Assembly (NCBI GenBank): GCA_043753995.1
Contig: JAYUVP010000304.1
Span: 15,032-79,031 of the forward strand
Reading direction: 5' to 3'
Source of the DNA: Fibrobacterota bacterium
GTDB lineage: Bacteria > Fibrobacterota > Fibrobacteria > UBA11236
Length of the DNA: 64,000 nucleotides
Shown here: positions 1-10,054 of the stretch, piece by piece
Position numbering within the stretch: position 1 is the stretch's first letter
How the letters are laid out: the number at the start of each line of letters is the position of its first letter
Translations under genes and position numbers: made by a program
The notes under the pieces: model-generated
Databases searched by the model: none
The model's input: the letters and a program-made list of their open reading frames with translations, nothing else
What the model was told of the DNA's origin: nothing

Positions 1-190
1 TTGATCGCGCAAGACAAGTAACCAAGTCTCATTTTTAAGTCCATGTAAGGCGGGAATTGCCAATGCTCCCGCCTCTTGTTTCATTTGGAAGTTTTGTTTC
101 TGCGGTAGAAACGGTTTCAAAAAGCCGGTACCACCGATGAAAGGCCGAGATGCTGGTTTTGGATTCATTCCATTTCAAGGATTCGTGTCC

Positions 191-1645
191 ATGAGTATAC
201 ACCTCTCCTTTGCAGCTATTGCGGTAGCCGTATTGCCGGTCATGGCCAATGTGGCCTACAGAATTGAGGGCGGTGCATGGACCGAAATGGGGCGTATTGG
301 TAAATCCAGCGACTCCCTACAAACCGGTATTGCCGCGCCCAATAATGTGATCAATTTCAGCAAAACTTGGATGTACAGCGCGGGAGCGCAAGCCACGGTT
401 TTTGCCGATCTCGGTGAGCATTGGGACGGCGCCTTTGGTTATGGGGCACACCAGGTTTCACATTCCCAAGGAACATTTCACGGCTCGAATCAACCCAGCT
501 TTCTTGCCATTTCGATGTTTCAAAATTTCGTGACCCAGGCGCGCATCACCTACTACTCGGATCAAAAAAGCTCGGAAGGCCTAAACTTCACCATCGGAAA
601 CTTTCCCTTTCACTACAATAGCGAGGCGCAAAATCTCGGCTCTTATTTATTGAGGGGTACGGTCTATCCGCAAATCCTTATTGGTGGCTTTGAAGATTTC
701 TCGCTGGACACCACCAAGGCGAATTTGCTCGGAGCGAATCTGCATTATGGGCTGGGAAACCTCAATTTGGACTTGTTGCTGAACAGTGAGCGAGACATTC
801 CACCCACTTTCGATTGGTCCATAGCCTTCCTCGCCAAATACAAGGCGCTCGAGGCCATTGAATTTGGCGGTGGCGTCAATTTTTATCGCCAGCTTCCCTC
901 GAATCCCAGCTTGACGGAACCCGGACGCCTGAAAAATATCGGCAATATCGCGAAGTACGCTGAATTCGACACCACGGTTACCGCCGCCGGAACGACAATC
1001 GACACCTTGTATTTCACGCATAAGGGCGTCAAGTTGATGGGCATGTTTTCCGTGGATTTCAAATCGTTGTTCGGAATTTCGAATATGTCGCCTAATGACT
1101 TGAAGCTTTACGGTGAAGCGGCCATCCTTGGTGTTGAAAATTACGGAAAAACCTACAACAAATTGAGTGAACGCATCCCGGTGATGCTTGGTTTCAATTT
1201 TCCCACATTTGGCCTGCTCGATCACATTTCCATAGAAGTCGAATATTTTAAGAATCGATACCGCAATGACATGGCGCTATTAGGTAATCAACGCAATGTC
1301 GCCGATTGGACCTTGCAGGACCATCCCATACCAAGTCCGGCTCCACCCCGGTATAGCGATTACGGGATTGAAAATGGAGCGTGGGTGAATGGGAATGGTG
1401 ACACGACCCAAGTGGCGGGAACGCCGCTCGATATGGAAAACCTTCACAGTGATGATTTCAAATGGTCCTTGCATTTGGAAAAAACCATTCATTCCAGCAT
1501 TCGGCTTACGGGTCAAATTGCCAATGACCACTACCGCCCAAGGGCTATAGCCACTGGCTTTATCACTCAGGCAGGTGGTACGGCCGAGGCATTTAGCTCG
1601 AATTCCGACTGGTATTTCATGCTTCGGCTAGGGTATTTCTTCTGA
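191..1645 (+). CDS. Putative outer-membrane beta-barrel protein, paralog 1 of 3
   Basis: Signal peptide from ATG 191; C-terminal aromatic barrel motif (RLGYFF); shares GxFPxxYNxxxxNLGxYLLRGxVYP and DxKWS blocks with the next two ORFs. Confidence 0.7.
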   Translation: MSIHLSFAAIAVAVLPVMANVAYRIEGGAWTEMGRIGKSSDSLQTGIAAPNNVINFSKTWMYSAGAQATVFADLGEHWDGAFGYGAHQVSHSQGTFHGSNQPSFLAISMFQNFVTQARITYYSDQKSSEGLNFTIGNFPFHYNSEAQNLGSYLLRGTVYPQILIGGFEDFSLDTTKANLLGANLHYGLGNLNLDLLLNSERDIPPTFDWSIAFLAKYKALEAIEFGGGVNFYRQLPSNPSLTEPGRLKNIGNIAKYAEFDTTVTAAGTTIDTLYFTHKGVKLMGMFSVDFKSLFGISNMSPNDLKLYGEAAILGVENYGKTYNKLSERIPVMLGFNFPTFGLLDHISIEVEYFKNRYRNDMALLGNQRNVADWTLQDHPIPSPAPPRYSDYGIENGAWVNGNGDTTQVAGTPLDMENLHSDDFKWSLHLEKTIHSSIRLTGQIANDHYRPRAIATGFITQAGGTAEAFSSNSDWYFMLRLGYFF

Positions 1646-3015
1646 TGCGTAAATCGGAGGATAGGGTGACCAAGTTTTTCAGTGCGATCCGGACCGCAAG
1701 TTTTTTGGGCTTAGCCTTGGCTGCTGCATTGGCATCGGCGGAAGGCAATTCCCAGACCAAGTTCACCGGAATCGGATTCATACAAATGGGTAAAATCGGG
1801 AATAGCTCCGATACCCTGAATAACAACCTCGACAACAATTACAACGGAACTTGGCAACAAGGCACGGGTGCAATGATTGTCGGCAATACCACCATCAATG
1901 AGAACTGGTCCGGTGCCTTCGGGTTGGGCATAGTGCAAGCTCACATTTCGCGCGGCAATCGTGACAAAGCGAGTTTGTGGTACCCCTTCTGGGTTCCATT
2001 TGTTTCCGAGGCCGATATTAAATACACATCGTCCTTGGGTTCCAGCGACGCCAAATGGTATTTCACCCTCGGGGCCTTTCCCTACAATTACAATCCCGAC
2101 GTGAAAAATCTCGGCTTGTATTTGCTGCGCGGCTATGTCTATCCGGGCTTGCCGGTTTCGGGATTTGAAACCAAGCCTATTTCCGGGGGTGCATCGCAAA
2201 CCGGTGGTATGGTCGGCTTCGCGAATGGCACCTTGAGCAATGATTTGATCGTGAATGTTGAAACCGAAGACAAGCCGCTCTATGACATTTCGGTCGCCGA
2301 TGTCGCCACCTGGAAAGTTGCCAATGGTTTGGAATTGGGAGCTGGTTTCAACTTGTATCGAATTCTAGCGAATGATCCCAAAATCACCTCGCCGGGAAAA
2401 GACTGTATCGAATCACGCGATTTCGGCATTTACTCCCTTGAAGATCCGCATTGCTTCGTGGTGGAAGAGGATACAGCGACTAAGCTCATGGACACCGTCC
2501 TTGTTTCTCTGTCGGGAACCAAATTGATGGGGCGTGTTCACTTTGATCCTAAGGCCTTTTTTGGTCTTGGCGGTGGACTCGGTCCGAATGACTTGATCCT
2601 CTATAGCGAAATCGCCGTGCTTGGTCTGACGGACTACAAGACAAAAACCAAAAGCATCTATGGCGACCTCGTTCACCGCATGCCGGTGATGTTCGGCTTC
2701 AACCTGCCCGCCTTCGGTTATCTCGACTACTTAAATGTCGAGGTTGAATATTATGCGTCCAAGCTCTATCCCGATCAGGGCATGGCCCAAGCGGGATCGG
2801 CTGTACCGCGAATTGTCCCCTATGGCAATGGCCGCAACGATTGGAAATGGTCCGTCTATGCCTCGCGAGTGTTGGCCAACCATATCAAGCTTTCAGCGCA
2901 AATCGCGAATGACCATTTGCGCCTCGGCGGCTTCCACAATCTGGGAACGGGAGCCGAAGCCTTGTCGACCCCGAAGGACTGGTATTGGATGACCAAGCTC
3001 GCCTTTTTCTTTTGA
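1645..3015 (+). CDS. Putative outer-membrane beta-barrel protein, paralog 2 of 3
   Basis: Signal peptide, C-terminal KLAFFF, same conserved blocks; start overlaps the previous stop. Confidence 0.7.
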   Translation: MRKSEDRVTKFFSAIRTASFLGLALAAALASAEGNSQTKFTGIGFIQMGKIGNSSDTLNNNLDNNYNGTWQQGTGAMIVGNTTINENWSGAFGLGIVQAHISRGNRDKASLWYPFWVPFVSEADIKYTSSLGSSDAKWYFTLGAFPYNYNPDVKNLGLYLLRGYVYPGLPVSGFETKPISGGASQTGGMVGFANGTLSNDLIVNVETEDKPLYDISVADVATWKVANGLELGAGFNLYRILANDPKITSPGKDCIESRDFGIYSLEDPHCFVVEEDTATKLMDTVLVSLSGTKLMGRVHFDPKAFFGLGGGLGPNDLILYSEIAVLGLTDYKTKTKSIYGDLVHRMPVMFGFNLPAFGYLDYLNVEVEYYASKLYPDQGMAQAGSAVPRIVPYGNGRNDWKWSVYASRVLANHIKLSAQIANDHLRLGGFHNLGTGAEALSTPKDWYWMTKLAFFF

Positions 3016-3034
3016 TATGTACGGGGAAAGCAAA

Positions 3035-4480
3035 ATGAACCGCATTGCAAAAATTGTCGGCTTCTCCGCCATCTTGCCCATTCTTGCTGTGTGCATGATT
3101 TCAGGTGCATTGGCCCAAGAGGATAGTGTCGAATTTTCACCAAGGCTGGCTAAAGAAAATCTCCCGGAGACAAAGCCTTCGGTCTTAGCTGGAAACCTGG
3201 AAATTAAGGCCGGCGGGTGGATCAGCTGGGGAATGGTAGGGCATAGTAGCGACACCACCTTGGGCCTTCGTCTTACGAATAAGCCGGTGCAGAATTATGT
3301 CGCGGCCATAACCTTGTCGAGCGCGGTGTCCGAAGATTTGCGTCTGATCGCTGGAGGTGGCGTCGGCGCAGGGCATACCGTCAATGGACAGATCACCAAT
3401 AATGGCGGATATGCCCCGATGCAATTCGGTCCATTCCTGACGGAGGCTTCGGTCGATTATACGATTTCCAAATCAGAGGGTTCGGAAATGCGTTTGAAGG
3501 CTGGGTATTTTCCATACACTTACAATACAGAGTCGCATAATTTGGGCTCCTATTTATTGCGTGGTTCCGTCTATCCCGGGTTTGTGATTTCAGGATTTGA
3601 AATGAAACCAGCCTATGTCGCTGGCTTGCAATTTCATCATGGCATCGGTGGGTTTTATTATGACCTCATGATCAATAGCGAAACCGAACTCTATCCCTAT
3701 TTCGACATGTCACCCGCTGCGATGGTGGGTTATAGCGACGGCAAGGCATTTCGATTGAGCGCGGGTATCAACCTTTACCATTACATCTCTATCGACAACC
3801 AATTGACCTCCCACTCCGATAATAAATGGGAAGAACAGGGAAATCGACCTTTCGATCGAAACTGGATTTATGTGGACTCGGTCGCGAAAATCAATGATAC
3901 GACTTGGAAAGTGGATACCACCTATTTGACCTTCAAGGGCATCAAGCTAAACCTCAATGCCATGTTCGACTTCAAATCGCTGTTCGGGGAGAGCTCACTT
4001 TTTGGCCCAGAAGACTTAAAGCTTTATGGCGAAGTCGCCATCTTGGGTTTGGATCAGAGCAAGCCCTACAATGCCCTTTATGGAAAGCTTTCGAATCGAA
4101 TGCCTATGATGATAGGCTTGAATCTTCCGGCCTTCGGGTTTTTGGACAGGCTCAGCATTGAAATCGAATCGTACAAAGCAAAATTCCGCGACGATCTCAC
4201 ACGACTCATGCCGACCACGGGGAAAAAGCAATCGCCTATACCACGAGCTTGGCCTACGGATCCCGACCCCAATGCCATTGCAGGCGACGACTTGAAATGG
4301 TCGGTTTATGCCGCCAGAACCATAGCCGATCACCTAAAGATTTCTGTGCAATTGGCAAATGATCATTTCAGACCTGGCGTGTTTGCAGGCTATGGCGATA
4401 ACAATTGGCCGAAAATGGAGGCCATTCTAATCGATAAAAAAGATTGGTATTTCATGAGCAAGGTCGCTTACTTCTTCTAA
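3035..4480 (+). CDS. Putative outer-membrane beta-barrel protein, paralog 3 of 3
   Basis: Signal peptide, C-terminal KVAYFF, same conserved blocks. Confidence 0.7.
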   Translation: MNRIAKIVGFSAILPILAVCMISGALAQEDSVEFSPRLAKENLPETKPSVLAGNLEIKAGGWISWGMVGHSSDTTLGLRLTNKPVQNYVAAITLSSAVSEDLRLIAGGGVGAGHTVNGQITNNGGYAPMQFGPFLTEASVDYTISKSEGSEMRLKAGYFPYTYNTESHNLGSYLLRGSVYPGFVISGFEMKPAYVAGLQFHHGIGGFYYDLMINSETELYPYFDMSPAAMVGYSDGKAFRLSAGINLYHYISIDNQLTSHSDNKWEEQGNRPFDRNWIYVDSVAKINDTTWKVDTTYLTFKGIKLNLNAMFDFKSLFGESSLFGPEDLKLYGEVAILGLDQSKPYNALYGKLSNRMPMMIGLNLPAFGFLDRLSIEIESYKAKFRDDLTRLMPTTGKKQSPIPRAWPTDPDPNAIAGDDLKWSVYAARTIADHLKISVQLANDHFRPGVFAGYGDNNWPKMEAILIDKKDWYFMSKVAYFF

Positions 4481-4589
4481 TTCCCCATCGCCGGTGGGGA
4501 GCCGGATGCCGACCAGGCTTTCATAGCTTGGCGGGCTGACGGCGGGGGAGGCGGAGCCACCCCCGAAATAAGTCAAAAGTTGCAGAACA

Positions 4590-5168
4590 CTAGCGCCAAT
4601 TTCCTTCAAAAGCGATTTCGTTTAGGGTTTTTCTTGGGCTGGGAATTTCACGCGCTTGAAGTGGTTCGGGTAAGGTTTCTTTCGGCGCGGGATAGCCGAC
4701 GGCAATCATGACCTCTATGGCCATGGTCTCGGGGAGGGCGAGTTCACTGCGGGCGCGGTCATGATCGAAGCCACCCATGCCATGCACTACGAGTCCGAGC
4801 AAACTTCCTTGCAGAGATAAGCTCATCCATGCTGCACCGGCGTCAAAGCTGTGGGACTCATAGGGTTTGCCATTGTTTTCTTGAAAGCGCGTGGAGACGA
4901 GAAGTAAAAGTGCGCCGGCCTGCTTAGCCCAGATTTGATTGTTGGGGACAAGCCAATTCAGATAGCGCGGGAAATATTCAGAATCACGCGTAGCATAAAG
5001 AAAGCGCCAGGGCTGCCCATTGCCGCCGGAGGGTGCCCATCGGGCGGATTCCAGCAAGGTGAACAAGGTGGGCTTTTCCAAGGTCTTGCCGCTCATGGCA
5101 CGTGGCGACCAACGTTGTAAAAATTGCGGATGAACTTGGTTTTCCAGGGCTCGACTGGGTGAGGTCAT
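4590..5168 (-). CDS. Nitroreductase family protein
   Basis: RWSPRA, ARWAPSGGNGQPWRF, FDAGAAW and HGMGGFD motifs. Confidence 0.9.
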   Translation of the reverse strand: MTSPSRALENQVHPQFLQRWSPRAMSGKTLEKPTLFTLLESARWAPSGGNGQPWRFLYATRDSEYFPRYLNWLVPNNQIWAKQAGALLLLVSTRFQENNGKPYESHSFDAGAAWMSLSLQGSLLGLVVHGMGGFDHDRARSELALPETMAIEVMIAVGYPAPKETLPEPLQAREIPSPRKTLNEIAFEGNWR

Positions 5169-5400
5169 GGGTGTCTCCGTTGTATGTGGAGAAGATATAT
5201 GTATAGACATTAAAAAGCGAGGGCTTGAGATCCTTTGCCTGTATGCGTTGTATGAGGCACCTCATCCTCTAGTCTCTAGAAAACCGCTGAAAGCAAGGGC
5301 TTGACTTTGAGTCCAATTTGAGTTCTCCACCCGGGATAATGAAATCAAGGGTCAGGAGGGACCAGTGAATCGCAGTCAATCATGGGGCAATCGGAATGGC

Positions 5401-7947
5401 ATGAAATGGTGGTCGGCACTTTGTCTTGCTGCAGCGGTGACCGCAGGGGCAGATGGATTGTTGACGCCGCTTTTTCCGGTCTATGACGGAGTGAATGATC
5501 GGCATCCCGAATGGGGTTGGCAACGTAACTTGGAGATTCAGCATCATCAAAAATATCCAGTGCTTACCTATATCACATTTGCGACGGAAGGCTATGAATT
5601 GGCCAAGGCGCAAAGTGGGCTTTTGCATGTCTATGCGCAAAATGTCCGCCGGTCCGGTCGTTTGACGGTTTATCGATTGACCAAGGCGATTCCCAGGGTG
5701 CCGGATCGTTGCGTGCGTTCGCAGCAGATTTTTATCGACGGCAGTCGCCCGCTCGCCAAGGTGGAAATTTCGGTGGCCGATGAAGGCCGGCAATTTGTGA
5801 TTGATTTGGGCAAGGTCTTCAGCGAGGGTCAACCATTTTACGGCCTTTGCCTAATGGGTGAAAACGGCCTTTGGGCGACGGTCGGATCCATGGAGACGGA
5901 TCATCCCCCGGTGATCATGCTTCGCTATGCTTTGCCATCCCTCGATTCCTTGGACTTCACCGAAAAGCTGAAGCAAATCAATAGCGCGACGGCCCGAGCG
6001 GATTCCGCGGCCTTGATGGCATGGAATGCTTCGGCTTTGTCTCAGCAAGCTTCGGGCGATGCTTTCACGGCTTTGAGGCTGGCTCGCGATGCGGCGGATT
6101 CAGCGCGTATTTCCGCGGCGAAAGCGGCGGCATCGGCCTTGGCTTCCCAAGTGAGCGAAAGGGCGGCAGGGGTGTCGGCGAAGGCTTCGCAAGCGTCGGC
6201 GGACTTGGCGGAATTGGCGGCGACTAGGGCTCAGGCTTCAGCTACCTCGGCGGAAGTTTCGGCGCAGCAAGCCAATACTTCGGCGGTAGCAGCGGCGGCA
6301 TCGGCGAACAATGCGGCGACATCAGCGAAAGAATCCATGAAATCGTCACAAGTATCCCAAGTGGCGGCAGAGTTATCGGCTCAATCGGCGGAGGCCTCGG
6401 CCAATTCGGCTAATTCGGCGGAGGCGTCGGCTGCCACTGCATCGGCATCGGCGACGGCGGCCACGGCTGCGGCGGAGACGGCATCGCGATCGGCCTTGGC
6501 CTCTGAGGAATCGGCCTTAAAGGCTGAAAATGCGGCCAATGCGGCGCAAGGATCCGCGAATACCGCGATACAGTCGGCGACGGAAGCCAAGGGATGGGCG
6601 TCGGCTGCGGGAGCCTCGGCAAACCTTTCTGAAAGTTCGGCGCAGGCATCCCAGGGATCAGCGGGTGAGGCGGCAAGGTCAGCGCAGGAGGCTTCTCTAG
6701 CGGCATCGCAAATTCATGCTGATGTGGCTGCCGTGCAGGCCGCCGCTGTTTCGGCGCAAACGGCGGCAACTTCTTCGCAGTCCTCGGCCCTACAGGCGCA
6801 AAGCGCGGCCACCTCCGCGGAAGTTACCGTCACTCAGGCGTTAACCTCGGCGAATGCGATTTTGGCGCAAACCCAAGCCGCGGCCAATGGCGCGCAAGGT
6901 TCGGCTTCGCAGGCTTCGGGCTCGGCCACATCGGCGGCGAGCTCTGCCTCGCAAGCGGCAGCGGCTTTGCTGGCTATGGGTCAAATCGCGATTCAAGGGG
7001 TCATACCCAAAGGCTTTTCCTTATTGAGTGACACACGTGATACCCTGGGAGGATTTGAATGGACGGGTGGCATGCTGAGCTTCGACAGCCCCTGGCAAGA
7101 TCGAACGGTGATGCCGGCCGTGCGAGGATTTGGCGCGGCGGTGACCATGGAGAATAAAGTCCATTACCTCGGCGGCTATACGGGTACGGCGCAAAAAACG
7201 CATTTTGCCTACGATACCTTGAGTAAAACCTGGGAAACTTGGGAGCCACTGGCCACCGCTCGTTACCAGCATGTCGCGGAAGCAGTGAGCAATCAAATCA
7301 TTGTGATCGGTGGAACAATTAGTTCGGTAGCGACCCGATCGGTTGTGGCTTACGATATGGGATCGAATACGTGGAGCAGTCGCACCTCCATGCCAACGGG
7401 AAGACGGCTATGTGCTTCGGTGGTGCTGAATGATGAAATCCATGTGATCGGCGGCCTGGCTTCGGCCGTGGTGGCGACGCATGAGGCTTATAATCCGATT
7501 CTCGACACCTGGACAACTCTGGCCCCCATGCCCACAGCTCGTCAGCAAGCCGTCGCAGGTGTGGTGGATGGCAAGATTTATGTCATTGGCGGACGCAGTA
7601 GCGTGGATTTGAGCGTGGTGGAGGTTTATGATCCGACTTCCAATTCATGGAGTACAGTCGCGGATTTGCCTTCGGCGCGGCGCGCCATGGCGATTGCCGT
7701 GGTGGGGAGAAAAATTCACGTGATGGGAGGTCTGGCAACCAAGGCACAAAGCCTGCATCAAGTGTATGACGTAGACAATGACATTTGGACCACCTTGCAG
7801 TCGGTGAATCAGGCCCGGTCTTCGGGTTCGGCTGCGGTATTTGGGAAGACGATTCTCATGATCGGTGGATATGACGGCTCAAATTATTCTAATCGCGTGG
7901 AAGAGTATTTACCAGCCTCTACTCTATATGTGATGCGAAAAAAATAG
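5401..7947 (+). CDS. Secreted protein: N-terminal beta domain, Ala/Ser-rich stalk, C-terminal Kelch propeller
   Basis: Signal peptide; ~320-aa A/S low-complexity segment; about six Kelch repeats (IxVIGG...YD...W). Confidence 0.75.
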   Translation: MKWWSALCLAAAVTAGADGLLTPLFPVYDGVNDRHPEWGWQRNLEIQHHQKYPVLTYITFATEGYELAKAQSGLLHVYAQNVRRSGRLTVYRLTKAIPRVPDRCVRSQQIFIDGSRPLAKVEISVADEGRQFVIDLGKVFSEGQPFYGLCLMGENGLWATVGSMETDHPPVIMLRYALPSLDSLDFTEKLKQINSATARADSAALMAWNASALSQQASGDAFTALRLARDAADSARISAAKAAASALASQVSERAAGVSAKASQASADLAELAATRAQASATSAEVSAQQANTSAVAAAASANNAATSAKESMKSSQVSQVAAELSAQSAEASANSANSAEASAATASASATAATAAAETASRSALASEESALKAENAANAAQGSANTAIQSATEAKGWASAAGASANLSESSAQASQGSAGEAARSAQEASLAASQIHADVAAVQAAAVSAQTAATSSQSSALQAQSAATSAEVTVTQALTSANAILAQTQAAANGAQGSASQASGSATSAASSASQAAAALLAMGQIAIQGVIPKGFSLLSDTRDTLGGFEWTGGMLSFDSPWQDRTVMPAVRGFGAAVTMENKVHYLGGYTGTAQKTHFAYDTLSKTWETWEPLATARYQHVAEAVSNQIIVIGGTISSVATRSVVAYDMGSNTWSSRTSMPTGRRLCASVVLNDEIHVIGGLASAVVATHEAYNPILDTWTTLAPMPTARQQAVAGVVDGKIYVIGGRSSVDLSVVEVYDPTSNSWSTVADLPSARRAMAIAVVGRKIHVMGGLATKAQSLHQVYDVDNDIWTTLQSVNQARSSGSAAVFGKTILMIGGYDGSNYSNRVEEYLPASTLYVMRKK

Positions 7948-7993
7948 GCTGCAAATCTTGGGGCTGGCGGGCGCCGGGGCTTAGAATAGTCGG

Positions 7994-10015
7994 GTGCCTA
8001 GCGCCAATCGCGCTCTATTGCGCTTATTTCCAGGACCCGAAAGGGATTTCGCCGTCGGCCATGACTTGGAGGTCCGGCCCCTAGCGTCGCTATCCTCTTG
8101 GCCGGCGCGTTTTGCGGGCGCCGTTTTGGTGCTTGTGAATGCCGCCTTTGCCTGCCTTGGAACACTTTCTGTCATCAGGGGTGGGCAATTCTTATGGGAC
8201 GCTCTGCCATCCCCCAATCGATTTTGGATGGCGGAATTTTGGCTCGGCTTGGCCTTTGTCGCGGTGGGTCTTTTTTTGTTTATCGAGGCTTTTTGGCCTT
8301 GGCTATTGCGTGTGCCCGAGGAAACAAATTGGATTTCGGATGCCGATGAGGGGCCGGAAGGCCCAACTTTTTGGGTGACGCAATGGTGCCAGGAATTGGA
8401 TTTTCCAGAACCCATAGCTGTAGAAACCACTTGGGACGTCAATGCCGGGCTGGATTTGATGGCTGCGGTGAATGGCAAAATACGCATCCGGGTAGGACTG
8501 CCCCTTTGGCTCGGTTTGGATGCGAACCAATTGCGCGCTGTCCTTTTTCATGAGCTGGGGCATTATACCCAGCGCAGGCGCCTTGCGGCCGTCATGCGGC
8601 ACCAGGAATTGGGACGGCGAATTGAACTCGGCGCCTTATGGCCTGGCCATGCAACGTGGAAATTGTTTTTTAAATCGTGGCCTATGGTACAGGGATTGGC
8701 TCAACCCTGGTTGCGGGGACTAGAAGCGGAAGCGGATCAGTTTTCCTTGCGCCATGGCGGTGACGGCGCCTTGGCTTCGGCGATGATGCAATTGAAGGTT
8801 TTGGAACAAGCCGCGGCCCAAACCATGAGAACCGTGCAATCGTCCATGGCTTCGGGCATCGTCCCTGAGGACCTTTGCGCCTTGTTTCGTCAGGAGGCAG
8901 CGGCCTTGCTCCGTCCATTAGCGGGAAGCCTGGATCGCAGGACTCAGGAAAGTCCGGCCAGTTTTACTCATCCCCCGATGCGCGAGCGACTAGAACGCCT
9001 TGGCGCGGTAACCCAGCAAAGTCAAAAGGACCCGACCGGACCTAGGGCGGTCTTTACCGAAAAACCCGCTTGGCAACCCGATGAAACTTTGTCTCGAACC
9101 TTAACCGAGTCTTATTACCGACACGAACTCGGTGAGGACGCGGCCATGCTTCGTCGCGTGAGTGTGGGGGATGCGCGCTGCCGTCTCAGCCGATCGCAAG
9201 ATACGCAATCCGCCCTGGAGCATTATTTCCTGGGCCTGGTACGTGACGCCGCGCCGATTCGCCCCTTGCCGCAAACTCTCGATGCCAACCGCGAATGGCT
9301 AGGGGCCATGAATGCGATGGCGCGCTTGCCGGTGATGCGTAAAACATTATTGCTCAGGCGCGAGGATTGGGCGCTTCAACGCGATCGATGGGAAGATGCC
9401 CAACAGGCCTGCCGATCGGTAGCTGCAGGAAACGTAACGAATGGTAAAATAGCCATGGATTCCCAGGCGCTTTTGCTCGATTTCATGGTTAAACGCGAAA
9501 CGGCTTCGGCGGAATTGCGTAATGCCACCGAGCAATTGTCGGAGAGGCTGACCCTCGGGCTTTTACTTTTGGAGCATCCCGATGTCGCCAAGACTTGGCC
9601 GGAAGCCAGGCTTTGGCGCAAGGTCGCCGCAGCTTGGCGCGAAGAATTGCCTTTGATTTCCCGCTTGCTCGGCTTCCTGGAAGAAACGGCCTTTGACGTG
9701 GCACGCCTGAATGGCCTCGACGACATGGCTGCGGGTCGCAGACGGGTATGCGAAAGCGAATCGCGCCGGCAGCTTTGGCAGGCGCTTTCGCGAGCCATGA
9801 ATACCCTGGAGAGAAAAACATTGAGTGACACGGATTTGCAAAAATCCATAGCCGAAGTTTTTGAACGCATGGGGTCCATGGCTTCGAATGTCCTGGTAGA
9901 GCGCATGGAGAATCTGTATACGCGGCTGTCCCAGTCTTATTTACAGGCCTTAGGCGATTTAGCCTATGCGGCGGGCAAGGCCGAACTTGCCGCCGGCCTC
10001 AAGCCCTGGGAGTAA
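7994..10015 (+). CDS. M48 family membrane zinc metallopeptidase
   Basis: N-terminal TM helices, HELGH, ExEAD and THPP motifs. Confidence 0.75.
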   Translation: MPSANRALLRLFPGPERDFAVGHDLEVRPLASLSSWPARFAGAVLVLVNAAFACLGTLSVIRGGQFLWDALPSPNRFWMAEFWLGLAFVAVGLFLFIEAFWPWLLRVPEETNWISDADEGPEGPTFWVTQWCQELDFPEPIAVETTWDVNAGLDLMAAVNGKIRIRVGLPLWLGLDANQLRAVLFHELGHYTQRRRLAAVMRHQELGRRIELGALWPGHATWKLFFKSWPMVQGLAQPWLRGLEAEADQFSLRHGGDGALASAMMQLKVLEQAAAQTMRTVQSSMASGIVPEDLCALFRQEAAALLRPLAGSLDRRTQESPASFTHPPMRERLERLGAVTQQSQKDPTGPRAVFTEKPAWQPDETLSRTLTESYYRHELGEDAAMLRRVSVGDARCRLSRSQDTQSALEHYFLGLVRDAAPIRPLPQTLDANREWLGAMNAMARLPVMRKTLLLRREDWALQRDRWEDAQQACRSVAAGNVTNGKIAMDSQALLLDFMVKRETASAELRNATEQLSERLTLGLLLLEHPDVAKTWPEARLWRKVAAAWREELPLISRLLGFLEETAFDVARLNGLDDMAAGRRRVCESESRRQLWQALSRAMNTLERKTLSDTDLQKSIAEVFERMGSMASNVLVERMENLYTRLSQSYLQALGDLAYAAGKAELAAGLKPWE

Positions 10016-10054
10016 CCTTTAAGTGACGTAGCTCTGAGATTACTTCGCGGGCGT

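Noticed and set aside
5980..6980. Repetitive TCGGC-rich DNA as a CRISPR or tandem array
   Set aside because: Explained by Ser/Ala codon usage within the ORF; no repeat-spacer structure
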